Source: Verrucomicrobiota bacterium
GTDB lineage: Bacteria; Verrucomicrobiota; Verrucomicrobiia; Limisphaerales; AAA164-E04
Assembly: GCA_047947115.1 (NCBI GenBank)
Contig: CP170459.1
Location: 2,912,001 to 2,976,000 of the forward strand
Direction: 5' to 3'
DNA length: 64,000 nt
Below are positions 51,838-61,401 of the stretch, piece after piece. The notes under the pieces are model-generated. The model made no database searches. It was not told where the DNA came from and saw nothing but the letters and a program-made list of their open reading frames with translations. Each line of letters starts with the position of its first letter. Position 1 is the stretch's first letter. Position numbers and translations under genes: made by a program.

Positions 51838-52581
51838 TTAATTTCCTTGAGAGGTCTTTGGTTGCTGGCGTTTTTGACTTGTGGCTGACCAGTCTCCGGT
51901 GGCGACTTCCTCCTTGAACTCGTCGAGATAAATCCATTTGCCGATCAGTTTTCGAGCCTGTTGCAGTCTGGCTTCCACTTTGACCGTTCCTCCTCCATAG
52001 GGTAGTTCCAATTTGACTACATTTTTGTCGGCTTTCACGCTCGTGTAATCCAATTGTCCTTCATCGGAGGCCGCATAACCGGAAAAGCTGGATCCCGACT
52101 TTTTGATCACCATGGTATGTTTGATATCGTTTTCCGTGGTGACGGCAACGACATCCCAGTTGCCGACCAACACGGTAGCGGCAGAGCGAACAGCCCGCCA
52201 GTCTTCACTCATCGACTCTTTTCCCTCGCCATCCCGAACATACCATTTCCCGGTCAAGGCTCCTTCTTTGTCAAGCTTCGCCTTGGCTCCGACCGTCGCG
52301 GTCTGGCCGTCCCTTTCCCAGTCAAATTCAATGGTCAGTGTCTCACCTTCGACATGAACTCGGTCCAGAATTCTTTCATCACCTGTTTGCCCAACCAGTG
52401 TCGCATGCCATTGACTTTCTTTTTTCTTAATCGTCAGGGATGACTCTCTGGAATCACCATCTCGCAAGGTGGCCGTGGTAATCCACGTTCCAACAAAGTT
52501 CGCCGCATTTGATTCAATGCTGCTTAATGCCAGCAAAAACAACGCAGTAATGCCCGACAAGAATGTAGTTATGCTTTTCAT
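51838..52581 (-). CDS. secreted hypothetical protein with two tandem beta-rich repeats
   Basis: signal peptide; repeats FVGTW...LTGKWY...DWRA and LVGNW...LIGKWI...DWSA. Confidence 0.65.
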   Translation of the reverse strand: MKSITTFLSGITALFLLALSSIESNAANFVGTWITTATLRDGDSRESSLTIKKKESQWHATLVGQTGDERILDRVHVEGETLTIEFDWERDGQTATVGAKAKLDKEGALTGKWYVRDGEGKESMSEDWRAVRSAATVLVGNWDVVAVTTENDIKHTMVIKKSGSSFSGYAASDEGQLDYTSVKADKNVVKLELPYGGGTVKVEARLQQARKLIGKWIYLDEFKEEVATGDWSATSQKRQQPKTSQGN

Positions 52582-52681
52582 GGAGGCCGGGAGTATTGAC
52601 CAATACTCGCCGGATAGCCAGTATAAACTAATCAGGTCAAACCTTTCAGTGCTTCATTTTTCAATCATGGCCACCTAATGC

Positions 52682-54289
52682 TTATCGTGTGAGAAAGAGA
52701 GGCACATCCCGGTCATTTGACAAGACCGGACCATCGGTCGTGCGACCGTTTGATATGGAATGATCCAAAAGTTGTAGAAGTTCCATCACCTTTGCTGACT
52801 GATCTTTTGCCAGGTTGTTGGATTCGCCCGGATCGTCTTCCAAATGGAATAACTGGACGAACGGGTATGCCAATCGTTCTTTCTGTGACGGTTCGTGACC
52901 CAGCTTGTTGACGGCTGCCTGCCACGCTTCGTGTTCTGTGGGCGAGTTGTCCAATCCCGACCGATCCCCGCTGCCTGCCGTGAGCGCCAATTTGAAGGGG
53001 CCTTTGCGGATGATGAACGGTTGAGTGGATTGCTGGATCATGTGTGATCGGACCGGGCCTGATGAAGGATCTCGTAACAGGGGTAGAAAGCTGAATGAAT
53101 CGGGCGCTTTCGTCTCACCGAAAGAATAGTTCAAGATCTCTCCAAACGTTGCCATCAGGTCAATCAAACTGATCATTTCCGAACACTCGGTGCCGGCTGT
53201 AATCACACCAGGCCAACGTGCTAAAAACGGTACTCGGGAGCCACCCTCGTACACGGTGAATTTGTAACCTTTGTAAGGGCCTGATGGGTAATGCCCCTTC
53301 TGTTCCATTTCGTGGACCTGGCCGCTTGTGGCTTCTCGCTTGAAACCCGCATATGTGGCCGGACCGTGATCTGATGAAACGATCAAAAGCGTGTTATCCG
53401 ATAGACCGTTTTCCTTCAATGATTCCATGATTCTGCGCAGACAATCGTCTGTTTCCATCACAAAATCTCCATAAACGCCCATTGCGCTTTTTCCTTCAAA
53501 ACTGGGGTTGGGGCATAAAGGTGTATGCGGTGAAGTCAGCGCGACGTAGAGAAAGAAAGGCTGCTTCTTGCTGGCTGCTTTCGCCTTGTGTTCGAGAAAC
53601 GATTCAGCTTCCGTGCAAAAAGTGTTCAACACTTTCCAGTCTTCGAAATGCTCAGCCGTGGGCCCCACTCGATTGAAAGCGCTCCAACCTCTTTGTTCCG
53701 TCACTGGTCCCTGGAAGTGTCCGTTTTTGATCAACACATAGGGAAACATGTCCAAGGATCCCGGCAGGATGAGACTCTCGTCGAATCCCAATTGAACCGG
53801 GCCGTGCTTCAACGGTTTGGCGAAATCCACATTTTCCGGTCCCTGAGTTTTTCCGTCAATCGTTTCCATCCGGGTACCCAAGTGCCATTTGCCAATGTAA
53901 CAAGTCGAATAACCGGATTCCTTGAACATGGCGCCAAGGTGAAACTGATCCGGTGTGAATCGTGGTGTGATGAATCCCCAGGGTCCATTGTCCCTGGCTC
54001 CCTGGATGCGCCAGGGATATCGTCCTGTCATGATGGCGACTCTGGATGGGACGCATACCGCTGCTGCCGAATGAGCGTCGGTAAAGCGCATGCCTTCTTT
54101 GGCCAGTTGATCGAAGGCCGGGGTGCGGATGCGGCAACGTTCCTGGCCGTAGCATTTCACATCTCCAATGCCTAAATCGTCGGCCAATACAAAAACGATG
54201 TTGGGACGCTCCTTCGGTTGTGCTGCAAGTTGGGAGCAAGCACAGGCCAGAAAAGCCAACAAGATGGAGCATTTTGAAGCGGTGGTCAT
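52682..54289 (-). CDS. arylsulfatase-like S1 sulfatase
   Basis: PNIVFVLADDLG, CVPSR, GKWHLG, SPHTP, SDHG, YEGGSRVP; start at ATG 54289. Confidence 0.92.
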   Translation of the reverse strand: MTTASKCSILLAFLACACSQLAAQPKERPNIVFVLADDLGIGDVKCYGQERCRIRTPAFDQLAKEGMRFTDAHSAAAVCVPSRVAIMTGRYPWRIQGARDNGPWGFITPRFTPDQFHLGAMFKESGYSTCYIGKWHLGTRMETIDGKTQGPENVDFAKPLKHGPVQLGFDESLILPGSLDMFPYVLIKNGHFQGPVTEQRGWSAFNRVGPTAEHFEDWKVLNTFCTEAESFLEHKAKAASKKQPFFLYVALTSPHTPLCPNPSFEGKSAMGVYGDFVMETDDCLRRIMESLKENGLSDNTLLIVSSDHGPATYAGFKREATSGQVHEMEQKGHYPSGPYKGYKFTVYEGGSRVPFLARWPGVITAGTECSEMISLIDLMATFGEILNYSFGETKAPDSFSFLPLLRDPSSGPVRSHMIQQSTQPFIIRKGPFKLALTAGSGDRSGLDNSPTEHEAWQAAVNKLGHEPSQKERLAYPFVQLFHLEDDPGESNNLAKDQSAKVMELLQLLDHSISNGRTTDGPVLSNDRDVPLFLTR

Positions 54290-54534
54290 AGCCTGATTGT
54301 GCCAACGAACCGATGAGATGCAAATCGAATGATCGCCCCAAATAAAAACGAGTCGGCAATCTTCACTGGTAAGAAATCCAAACAAGTAGCGGCTTTCGCT
54401 CTAACGAGGCCTTCAGGAAGCGTCCGTGAGACAAGCCTGAACCAAAATTGAATCAGGAAAAGTGTTCCGAGTTGTGACAGATCCACAAGGATGTCGTTGA
54501 TCTTTTTGAGGCTTGTGCTTAGAGAGTAGGGGCA

Positions 54535-55017
54535 ATGGACATTAAAGTAGGTATCATTACGGTTTCGGATCGGGCTTCCCAAGGGCTTTATGATGATTTG
54601 GGCGGTCCCGCTCTCAAGACTGCTGCTGAGGGTTATGGTTGGAAGGTAATCGCTGATTGTCTCGTGGCGGATGAGGTGCGCGAGATTCAACGTGCGGTGC
54701 TGGAGCAGATTCGACAGGGCGCCCATCTGATCCTGACTACCGGCGGCACCGGCGTCGCCACGCGTGATGTCACTCCGGAAGCCATACGGGAGATCGCTGT
54801 TCGAGAACTGCCCGGTTTCGGTGAGGTCATGCGGGCTGAATCGATGAAAATTACGCCGTACGCTATTTTGTCACGCAGTCTCGCTGCAGTGGTGGAGAAA
54901 GGTTTGGTGCTTTGTCTTCCAGGGAAACCTTCCGGTGCGGTGGAATGCCTGGGGTTTGTGGTGAAAGCCATTCCCCACTGCATCGAGGTGATTCAAGATG
55001 TCCCCACCAGTTGCTGA
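54535..55017 (+). CDS. mogA: molybdopterin adenylyltransferase
   Basis: TVSDRAS.G.Y.D..G, LTTGGTG...RDVTPEA, PGFGE.MR, AILSR, LPGKP. Confidence 0.9.
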   Translation: MDIKVGIITVSDRASQGLYDDLGGPALKTAAEGYGWKVIADCLVADEVREIQRAVLEQIRQGAHLILTTGGTGVATRDVTPEAIREIAVRELPGFGEVMRAESMKITPYAILSRSLAAVVEKGLVLCLPGKPSGAVECLGFVVKAIPHCIEVIQDVPTSC

Positions 55018-55049
55018 TGGACGGCTTGTTCCTTTTTTAGAGCCAGGAA

Positions 55050-56084
55050 TCACTGACGCATGTAGTTCCTGGCATACAGCCCCAGTGCGCGGGAAATGAC
55101 GAGTAAACCGTATATGTCGAGGATGCCTGCGATCACTTGTACAAGTTTGATCAATAAACCGGGCGTACGGGCAGGATCGATACCGGCTTCCATCAACATT
55201 TCCATTCCCACGATGATTCCGATCAGCGCCAGGATGGCGGCATACACCATCGGAGCCCGAAAAATGGCCTGGATCATTCCCGGAATATGAAAGCCGGCCA
55301 GCACGTTGTCATGAACGACCATCATGAGCCAGCCCATGGGCAGCATGCTTAATCCAAATGCAAGAGCGAGCGGCTTTGCCCATGCCGATTCCAAAGGGAT
55401 CCAATTGAGCGCAAAATAGGGAGCCATCCAACCGATGGATAACAAGAAATATCCCAGAAAAATATCTTTGGAATTCTCCCAATCGAAACTGTCGCCGATT
55501 GGCATCTCAAGGTCATTATCTCCCGCCAGTGTGGTTCGAATGATTTCTTTGCAGGTTCCCAGCATGGTAAATCCGTAGAGTATGGCTAATGCCAATCCCA
55601 AAATAGCTGCCGGTAAGGCCAGAAAACGTGGAATCAGGTGTGGAATGATCATCAAGACCATCATAATGAGAAACATCACCCAGGCATCTTTGCGGAAGGG
55701 GTAGTGGAAAATATCCGTCCAGTTTCGCTCGACCTGTTCTTCTGTGTCTTCCGGGACCGGGACTGTCACACGTTGGGGAGGAGGAGGTGGTGGAGCGGGG
55801 AGCGCTGATTCGCGGCCGATTTGGATTTCTCCCAGCATGCAATAGTCGCCGGGAAACAGCGTCAACAGGTCTTGAATGGTGCCATCGGAGTCAATGATGC
55901 CCGAGGGGATTTGAGACTGGATCACCGTTTGCCCACTTGTGGAAACATCAATCACCACGTGATGACTGGACACACTTGGATGTCCGATCTGAATGGAATT
56001 GTCCTCGGCCGCGCCCAGTGTATATTGGCCAGGGTCCAGATCCATTTCGGTTTTTCCTGATCCTGTTTGGATATATAACTTCAT
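55050..56084 (-). CDS. FHA-like domain, Pro-rich linker and multi-TM (DUF4013-like) membrane protein
   Basis: LG...DN.IQI.HPSVSSHH, PAPPPPPP, F.YPF followed by TM helices. Confidence 0.6.
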   Translation of the reverse strand: MKLYIQTGSGKTEMDLDPGQYTLGAAEDNSIQIGHPSVSSHHVVIDVSTSGQTVIQSQIPSGIIDSDGTIQDLLTLFPGDYCMLGEIQIGRESALPAPPPPPPQRVTVPVPEDTEEQVERNWTDIFHYPFRKDAWVMFLIMMVLMIIPHLIPRFLALPAAILGLALAILYGFTMLGTCKEIIRTTLAGDNDLEMPIGDSFDWENSKDIFLGYFLLSIGWMAPYFALNWIPLESAWAKPLALAFGLSMLPMGWLMMVVHDNVLAGFHIPGMIQAIFRAPMVYAAILALIGIIVGMEMLMEAGIDPARTPGLLIKLVQVIAGILDIYGLLVISRALGLYARNYMRQ

Positions 56085-56370
56085 AGTGGACAACAGGGAT
56101 TAAGCTACTGAACGCCTCCTTTCGGTGCCATTATAAACAAGCACCATCATTACAAACCGATCCCCAATAAAATGGAGGGACTTGTTCCACCAAGTCCCAT
56201 ACTTCTCCCTCAACAACCTCCTTGAGCAAAGGAGGATGAATGTGGAAACGCCGGGGTGTGCAAAGACCTGCGACCTTTCTATTGCAACTTGCTCTCAGTT
56301 CAAGCGCCATGAGGTTTGAAGTGGGAGCAAGTCCAGCATGCGGGATTGCCCCAACGATGGTATAACCGAT

Positions 56371-58950
56371 TTATGAAACTTGGATGCCTTGGGTTTCCAG
56401 TGTGCCGCGTGTGACTCCCAATTGGTTGATGAGTTTCAGATCGCGCCAGACGCTTGCTCCATCCCGCTTGCCCTGCAGTAGGTCCTGGTAGGTTTGGAGC
56501 GTGAGTGTGACCTCTCCAGCCTTTTCTGAAATGAACTCCACCCGAAAATGTCGAACACCCATCTCCTGCATCAATGTGGCGTATTCAGCGCCTGTTTGGG
56601 CTCGGCCGTTGAACACCGTGTTGCGACATCCTGCATCGGCTTTCAGCGTGTGACGTTGCCCCACTCGATCTCTGAGTTCAACATGATGTTTTTCGCAGGG
56701 ACGTCCGCAGTCGCGATAGTCTTTGCCGGTGGATAAAAAGGCACAGAAAACACAGTGTTCCATATGAAACATGGGCATGTGCTGATGAAGTGTGATTTCA
56801 ATCCTGTCGGTCGGTACGGATGCCAGAAACGCTTTGAGTTGCTCAATGTTCAAGTCGTAGGATGCCGTGAGACGTTCCAGTTTGAATTGGTTCAATAGCC
56901 AGGCCGCAGACCAGGCATTGGAGACATTGAAGGAAAAATCGGCGATGCAGCGGGCGTCTGCATAGTATTCCAGATGATCGTAATTGCGAACCAGAAATCC
57001 GTCCGGTTCACAAGATTGAACCTGTTTCAATATCCATTCCTCGCCCGGTTTGGTAATGCGGGGAGGGGCCACCCAAATGCCCGTTAAAGGGTGAGATGTT
57101 TTGGCGGGGTATGCTGCTCTGAACCGTTTGACCGCATCGCGATATTTTTTAGGGTCTTCAAACTCACAGTAAATGTTGGAACTGCCAAATTGAATCGCGG
57201 CTTCCAGTTGATCCATATTCCTGACCAAAGGAATCAGTTGGGCTGGTTCTGTCTGGCTGGAGCTTTCTGAGTGGTTCTCGAAACGGACCTCCGGCAGGGA
57301 TTCGGTCGTGATGGTCCACCTTGATTCCTTGGTCGAGGGGCACTGATCCAGCATGGTGACCATCTCCCGACGCATGCGGTTCAGTTCACTCACGGGCAGC
57401 ATGCAGGGTTCATCTGCCTTGTAGTCGACGCTCTCCAGCTGATAAGAGGTGCCGCCCAGCCGGCTCCATTGTTTTGACAGCACTTCTTCGCTCAATGGCC
57501 GGTTTTGAGCGGGTTGAAGGTCGATGGAGGACTGCAGGTTGACAGATCGGCCGGAGGATTCTTTCACTTCAATCTTCAGAGGGCTTCCGGGTTGTCCTGA
57601 TGCCCGGATATGCAGCAGGGAACCGGAAGCTCTTGTATCGTTCTGGTAGCTTTTTCGAAGATCTTTATCCAGAGCGGGATCACTTGTTTTCCAGATCCGA
57701 TCGCCCACATTGACCTTTCGCAGATCCAGTTTGTTCCTCTGAAACGACACACGGAGCAGGGGAGGCTGTGATGCGTGCTGTTCCTGTTGGCTCACCTTGA
57801 ACAAACGTCCGCCTTGTTCAGGTTCATTGGGATTGCCCTGATCAATGACCACTCCATCGCCTGCTTTAAGTGGTTGCCGGGTGCTCAGAGTGAATCCGTC
57901 CTGATGCACGGATTTGATCTTGCCGAGATACACCCCCCGCTTCTTGCCGAATCTGGCATGGACGAGTTTTTGGTTGTCGATGCCTTCAAACCACCCCGTG
58001 TGCAGTCCTCGGCTGAACGCCATTTCCAGATCGTATTGCGATTGATTCAACAGTTGTTTCCCGGAGACCGCTTGAGTCGCTTGTTGTTGAATGATGCTGT
58101 CAATGGCCTGGCGGTAAACACGGGTCACATTGGCCACATATTCCGGGGCTTTGAGGCGTCCTTCTATTTTTAACGATCGCATGCCAAGCCGCACCAAATC
58201 GGGCAGCACACTGATGCCTGCCAAATCCTGGGGGCTGAGGAGGTATTGTCGATCTCCCAATGGCACAGGGTTTCCGTCCTGGATCAATTCATAGGGCATG
58301 CGGCATGCCTGTGCGCATTCTCCCCGGTTGGCAGAACGCCCACCCAGAGCTTCACTGGTCAGGCATTGTCCCGAATAAGCCACGCAAAGCGCCCCGTGCA
58401 CGAAAACTTCAAGGGGCATTTCGAATCCATCCCCGCTTTCCTGAGCGTTCCGGATGCTTTCGAGTTCCTTCATTGAACACTCGCGTGCCATCACCACCAG
58501 TTCACAACCGAGATCTTTTGCAAACCGGATGCCTGCCGGACTGGTGATGGTCATCTGGGTGGATGCATGAATGGGAAAATCAGGGCTGATGGACCGGATC
58601 ATGCGACACAGCCCCATGTCCTGAACAATCACGGCATCCACATCGGCGTCGATCATGGCCCGGATTTGTGATGCTGCCGCCTGGACTTCGTTCGCAAAGA
58701 CCAGTGTGTTCATGGTGACATAACCCCGCACACCTCGCTGGTGGAGGTAATCCATGAGTTCCGGGAGGGATTCCACCGTGAAATTGTTGGCCCGCATGCG
58801 TGCGTTGAAACCGGAGAGGCCGAAGTAAATGGCATCCGCTCCGTTTTGAACCGCTGCGCGCGCGCACTCCCAATCGCCTGCCGGAGCCAATAGCTCAGGA
58901 GCTGCGTTGGAATTGTCTGATATTTCTAGTGTATGTGTTGAACGAGTCAT
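56371..58950 (-). CDS. U32-family protein with DUF3656-like region (RlhA-like RNA hydroxylase)
   Basis: PELLAPAG, GADAIYFG, HASTQM, FVHGALCVAYSGQC, SANRGECAQACR, KIEGRLK; C-terminal HCVFC...CGRPC. Confidence 0.88.
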   Translation of the reverse strand: MTRSTHTLEISDNSNAAPELLAPAGDWECARAAVQNGADAIYFGLSGFNARMRANNFTVESLPELMDYLHQRGVRGYVTMNTLVFANEVQAAASQIRAMIDADVDAVIVQDMGLCRMIRSISPDFPIHASTQMTITSPAGIRFAKDLGCELVVMARECSMKELESIRNAQESGDGFEMPLEVFVHGALCVAYSGQCLTSEALGGRSANRGECAQACRMPYELIQDGNPVPLGDRQYLLSPQDLAGISVLPDLVRLGMRSLKIEGRLKAPEYVANVTRVYRQAIDSIIQQQATQAVSGKQLLNQSQYDLEMAFSRGLHTGWFEGIDNQKLVHARFGKKRGVYLGKIKSVHQDGFTLSTRQPLKAGDGVVIDQGNPNEPEQGGRLFKVSQQEQHASQPPLLRVSFQRNKLDLRKVNVGDRIWKTSDPALDKDLRKSYQNDTRASGSLLHIRASGQPGSPLKIEVKESSGRSVNLQSSIDLQPAQNRPLSEEVLSKQWSRLGGTSYQLESVDYKADEPCMLPVSELNRMRREMVTMLDQCPSTKESRWTITTESLPEVRFENHSESSSQTEPAQLIPLVRNMDQLEAAIQFGSSNIYCEFEDPKKYRDAVKRFRAAYPAKTSHPLTGIWVAPPRITKPGEEWILKQVQSCEPDGFLVRNYDHLEYYADARCIADFSFNVSNAWSAAWLLNQFKLERLTASYDLNIEQLKAFLASVPTDRIEITLHQHMPMFHMEHCVFCAFLSTGKDYRDCGRPCEKHHVELRDRVGQRHTLKADAGCRNTVFNGRAQTGAEYATLMQEMGVRHFRVEFISEKAGEVTLTLQTYQDLLQGKRDGASVWRDLKLINQLGVTRGTLETQGIQVS

Positions 58951-59033
58951 GCCAAAGCATGTCCGGGCTCCGTAAAAAAATATCAGCCGTCGGACTGGCA
59001 AACCGTAGCATTGCGTGGAAGACTGTGCCAAGC

Positions 59034-59951
59034 ATGGAGCGAAGCGACACATCAATTAATCAGCAACCGCGTAGAGCATTGATCCTCGGATTCGGCTATG
59101 TGGGGAGCAGGGTGGGGCAAATGTTGGCCGAACGTGGTGTGGAGGTCTGGGCAGTGAGCCGCACCAAACCTGCGGCCTTCGCGGAGTCTGAAGGGCATGG
59201 GATTCATTGGTATGGAGCGGATCTGACAGAGCCCGGGACGCTGGCCGGATTGTCGGGGAACTTTGATGACGTATTGTTCTCCGCCTCTTCCAGCCGGGGA
59301 ACCATGGAGGATTACGAGGATATTTACTGCCGGGGGCTTCAGTACACCATGGATTGGTTGATCCAGACCAAGCTTCCCAAGCGTTTTGTCTATTTGAGCA
59401 GCACCGGGGTGTATGGTCAGGATGATGGAAAATGGGTGGATGAAACCATGCCCACAGATCCGGTTTCCCCAACTGGCAAGATACTTGTTCGGGCCGAAAA
59501 GTTGGTATGTGAGTGTTATGAGGCTTCCGGATTTCCGGGTATGATTCTACGCTTGTCCGGCATATATGGTCCGGGGCGAGGCTACGCGCTGAAGCGCATC
59601 TTGAACGGTGATGCCGTCATCGAACTGCCGGGAGATCGATGGGTGAACATGATTCACCGGGACGACGCGGCCATGGCTGTTATTTCGGCTCTGGAATCAG
59701 GCGTGCCAGGGGAGACCTACAACGTCACCGACAACGAACCTGTTCAGCAACGCGCTTTTTATGAATGGCTGGCGAAATCCTCCGGAATGCCAGTTCCCCC
59801 TTGTGTGGAAAACGATCCTTCGAAACCCACAAAACGTCGGGTGACCAGCAAACGGATCAGTAACTCAAAGATTTCCAAACTGTCGCAATTTAAGCTAAAG
59901 TATCCAGCATATCGGGACGGTTATGCGCAGTTGCTTTTGCCATGGACTTAA
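59034..59951 (+). CDS. NAD-dependent epimerase/dehydratase (atypical SDR, YeeZ-like)
   Basis: LGFGYVG, YLSSTGVYG, LRLSGIYGPGR, NMIHRDD, YNVTD. Confidence 0.9.
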   Translation: MERSDTSINQQPRRALILGFGYVGSRVGQMLAERGVEVWAVSRTKPAAFAESEGHGIHWYGADLTEPGTLAGLSGNFDDVLFSASSSRGTMEDYEDIYCRGLQYTMDWLIQTKLPKRFVYLSSTGVYGQDDGKWVDETMPTDPVSPTGKILVRAEKLVCECYEASGFPGMILRLSGIYGPGRGYALKRILNGDAVIELPGDRWVNMIHRDDAAMAVISALESGVPGETYNVTDNEPVQQRAFYEWLAKSSGMPVPPCVENDPSKPTKRRVTSKRISNSKISKLSQFKLKYPAYRDGYAQLLLPWT

Positions 59952-60403
59952 AGAATTCATTGATAGAATTGGCTCGCCTATTTGAGAAAGAGAAGGTTGA
60001 TTATGCGCTATGTGGAGGGCTGGCTCTTGCCGTGCATGGTTATCCGAGGGCGACTAGAGATTTGGATCTGCTGATTGGTGCGGAAGATTTGTTAAAAGTG
60101 AGGGGGTTCATAAAGCAAAACGGGTATACTTTGGAAGGCGGTATGTTCGTTTTTCGAGAAGGAACTGAGAGAGAAACTAAACTTTGGCGAGTATCCAAGA
60201 GAGAAGGGAACGATTTGCTGACTGTTGATTTCATTTTGGCGGAAAATTGGCTGTCCGAAGTATTTGAAGGGCGGCTATGTTTGAGTCTCGAGGGAAATTC
60301 GTTGAATGTGGTGAGTCGAGAGGGCCTCCGTATGATGAAGAAAGCAAGCGCTAGAGCCCAGGATTTGGCAGATTTGGAAAAACTGGATGGATATCATGAA
60401 TAG
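59942..60403 (+). CDS. small Pol-beta-superfamily nucleotidyltransferase-like protein
   Basis: YALCGGLALAVHG.PRATRDLDLL, K..SAR.QDLADL. Confidence 0.85.
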   Translation: MDLKNSLIELARLFEKEKVDYALCGGLALAVHGYPRATRDLDLLIGAEDLLKVRGFIKQNGYTLEGGMFVFREGTERETKLWRVSKREGNDLLTVDFILAENWLSEVFEGRLCLSLEGNSLNVVSREGLRMMKKASARAQDLADLEKLDGYHE

Positions 60404-60590
60404 CCGGAATACAACAAAGAGTTCTTCGAGATTTCATTCCGAGGATATGTCTCCAGAAGCTATTTCGAAGCGCCTGGATACGGTGAACGAGTTGAATGCC
60501 GTGTGTAACTGGCTTGGAAAGGCGGTTTTATCCGGCAGGGGAGATCAATCGCGACCCAACGAATTAAAGACAAAAACCGGTCGGCGTTAG
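60396..60590 (+). CDS. small hypothetical protein overlapping the nucleotidyltransferase gene
   Basis: ATG 60396 lies within the 3' end of the upstream gene; helical motif DMSPEAISKRL. Confidence 0.55.
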   Translation: MNSRNTTKSSSRFHSEDMSPEAISKRLDTVNELNAVCNWLGKAVLSGRGDQSRPNELKTKTGRR

Positions 60591-60827
60591 ATTTCAGAAA
60601 TACAGGTGTGCAATCCCGAGTAGAAATAGAACTCCTCGCAGTAAACTTGTTTCTTCACATATTTTGCGGATAGCCTAAGGGCATTGTATGGAGTTTTTGT
60701 TTTCACACTAAGTCACACACAAAGTTGTTTAGACAGGATTTACAGGATGGCCGGGATGGTTTGCAGAGTGGCTGTGCTTGACAATGCATGTGCATGGATC
60801 AAAAGCGACTTGGGGTGATTATGTGAA

Positions 60828-60939
60828 AGAATTGATCCACGTTTTTGCAAACGCGGCTACTAGACAGAATTGATCCACGTTTTTGCAAACGCGGCTACTA
60901 GACAGAATTGATCCACGTTTTTGCAAACGCGGCTACTAG
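60828..60939. repeat. about 3 perfect tandem copies of a 38-bp unit, each with a GTAG-REP
   Basis: AGAATTGATCCACGTTTTTGCAAACGCGGCTACTAGAC at 60828, 60866 and 60904 (last copy 36 bp). Confidence 0.9.
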
Positions 60940-60999
60940 TTACTCTCCACTTCGTGGCTTGGTGTCTTTGTGTGAGAACAATGAATTGTCCTTAAGATA

Positions 61000-61335
61000 T
61001 CACTTCGAAGGAATCTGGCCGTTGATCGTTTCGAAACGAATGACCTTTTCGCCGGGTTTTGCATAGCCGAGCTTTTCTCGTGCCAGTCGTTCCAGAACGA
61101 CGTTGTTGGTGCCGATGGCTTTGATGGTGGCGTTCATTTGCTCGGCAAACCGCTCTTCTTCGGCGATCTGGGCTCGAAGCTGGTTGATGCGTCGCTGCAT
61201 TCCCTCATTGCTGCGGATAACCGGCTTGTACCACTGGAACACGGCAAGGCTTCCTGCACAGATAACCAGCAGCATGACCAGCTTGGTTAGCTTCATCCAG
61301 ATCCCCACATCCACACGTTTTGATTTCCGGGCCAT
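61000..61335 (-). CDS. ftsB: FtsB/DivIC septum formation initiator-family protein
   Basis: one TM helix, coiled coil, LERLAREKLGYAKPGE. Confidence 0.8.
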   Translation of the reverse strand: MARKSKRVDVGIWMKLTKLVMLLVICAGSLAVFQWYKPVIRSNEGMQRRINQLRAQIAEEERFAEQMNATIKAIGTNNVVLERLAREKLGYAKPGEKVIRFETINGQIPSK

Positions 61336-61401
61336 CGTTACAGGAGTTTTGCTGTTGACGATTGTATCTACTTTTGGGACATCCGTCTTATAAGAATATT
61401 G

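Noticed and set aside
60828..60939. Possible CRISPR array
   Set aside because: The units are contiguous and identical with no unique spacers, there are no cas genes, and the core matches the REP at 17497-17591
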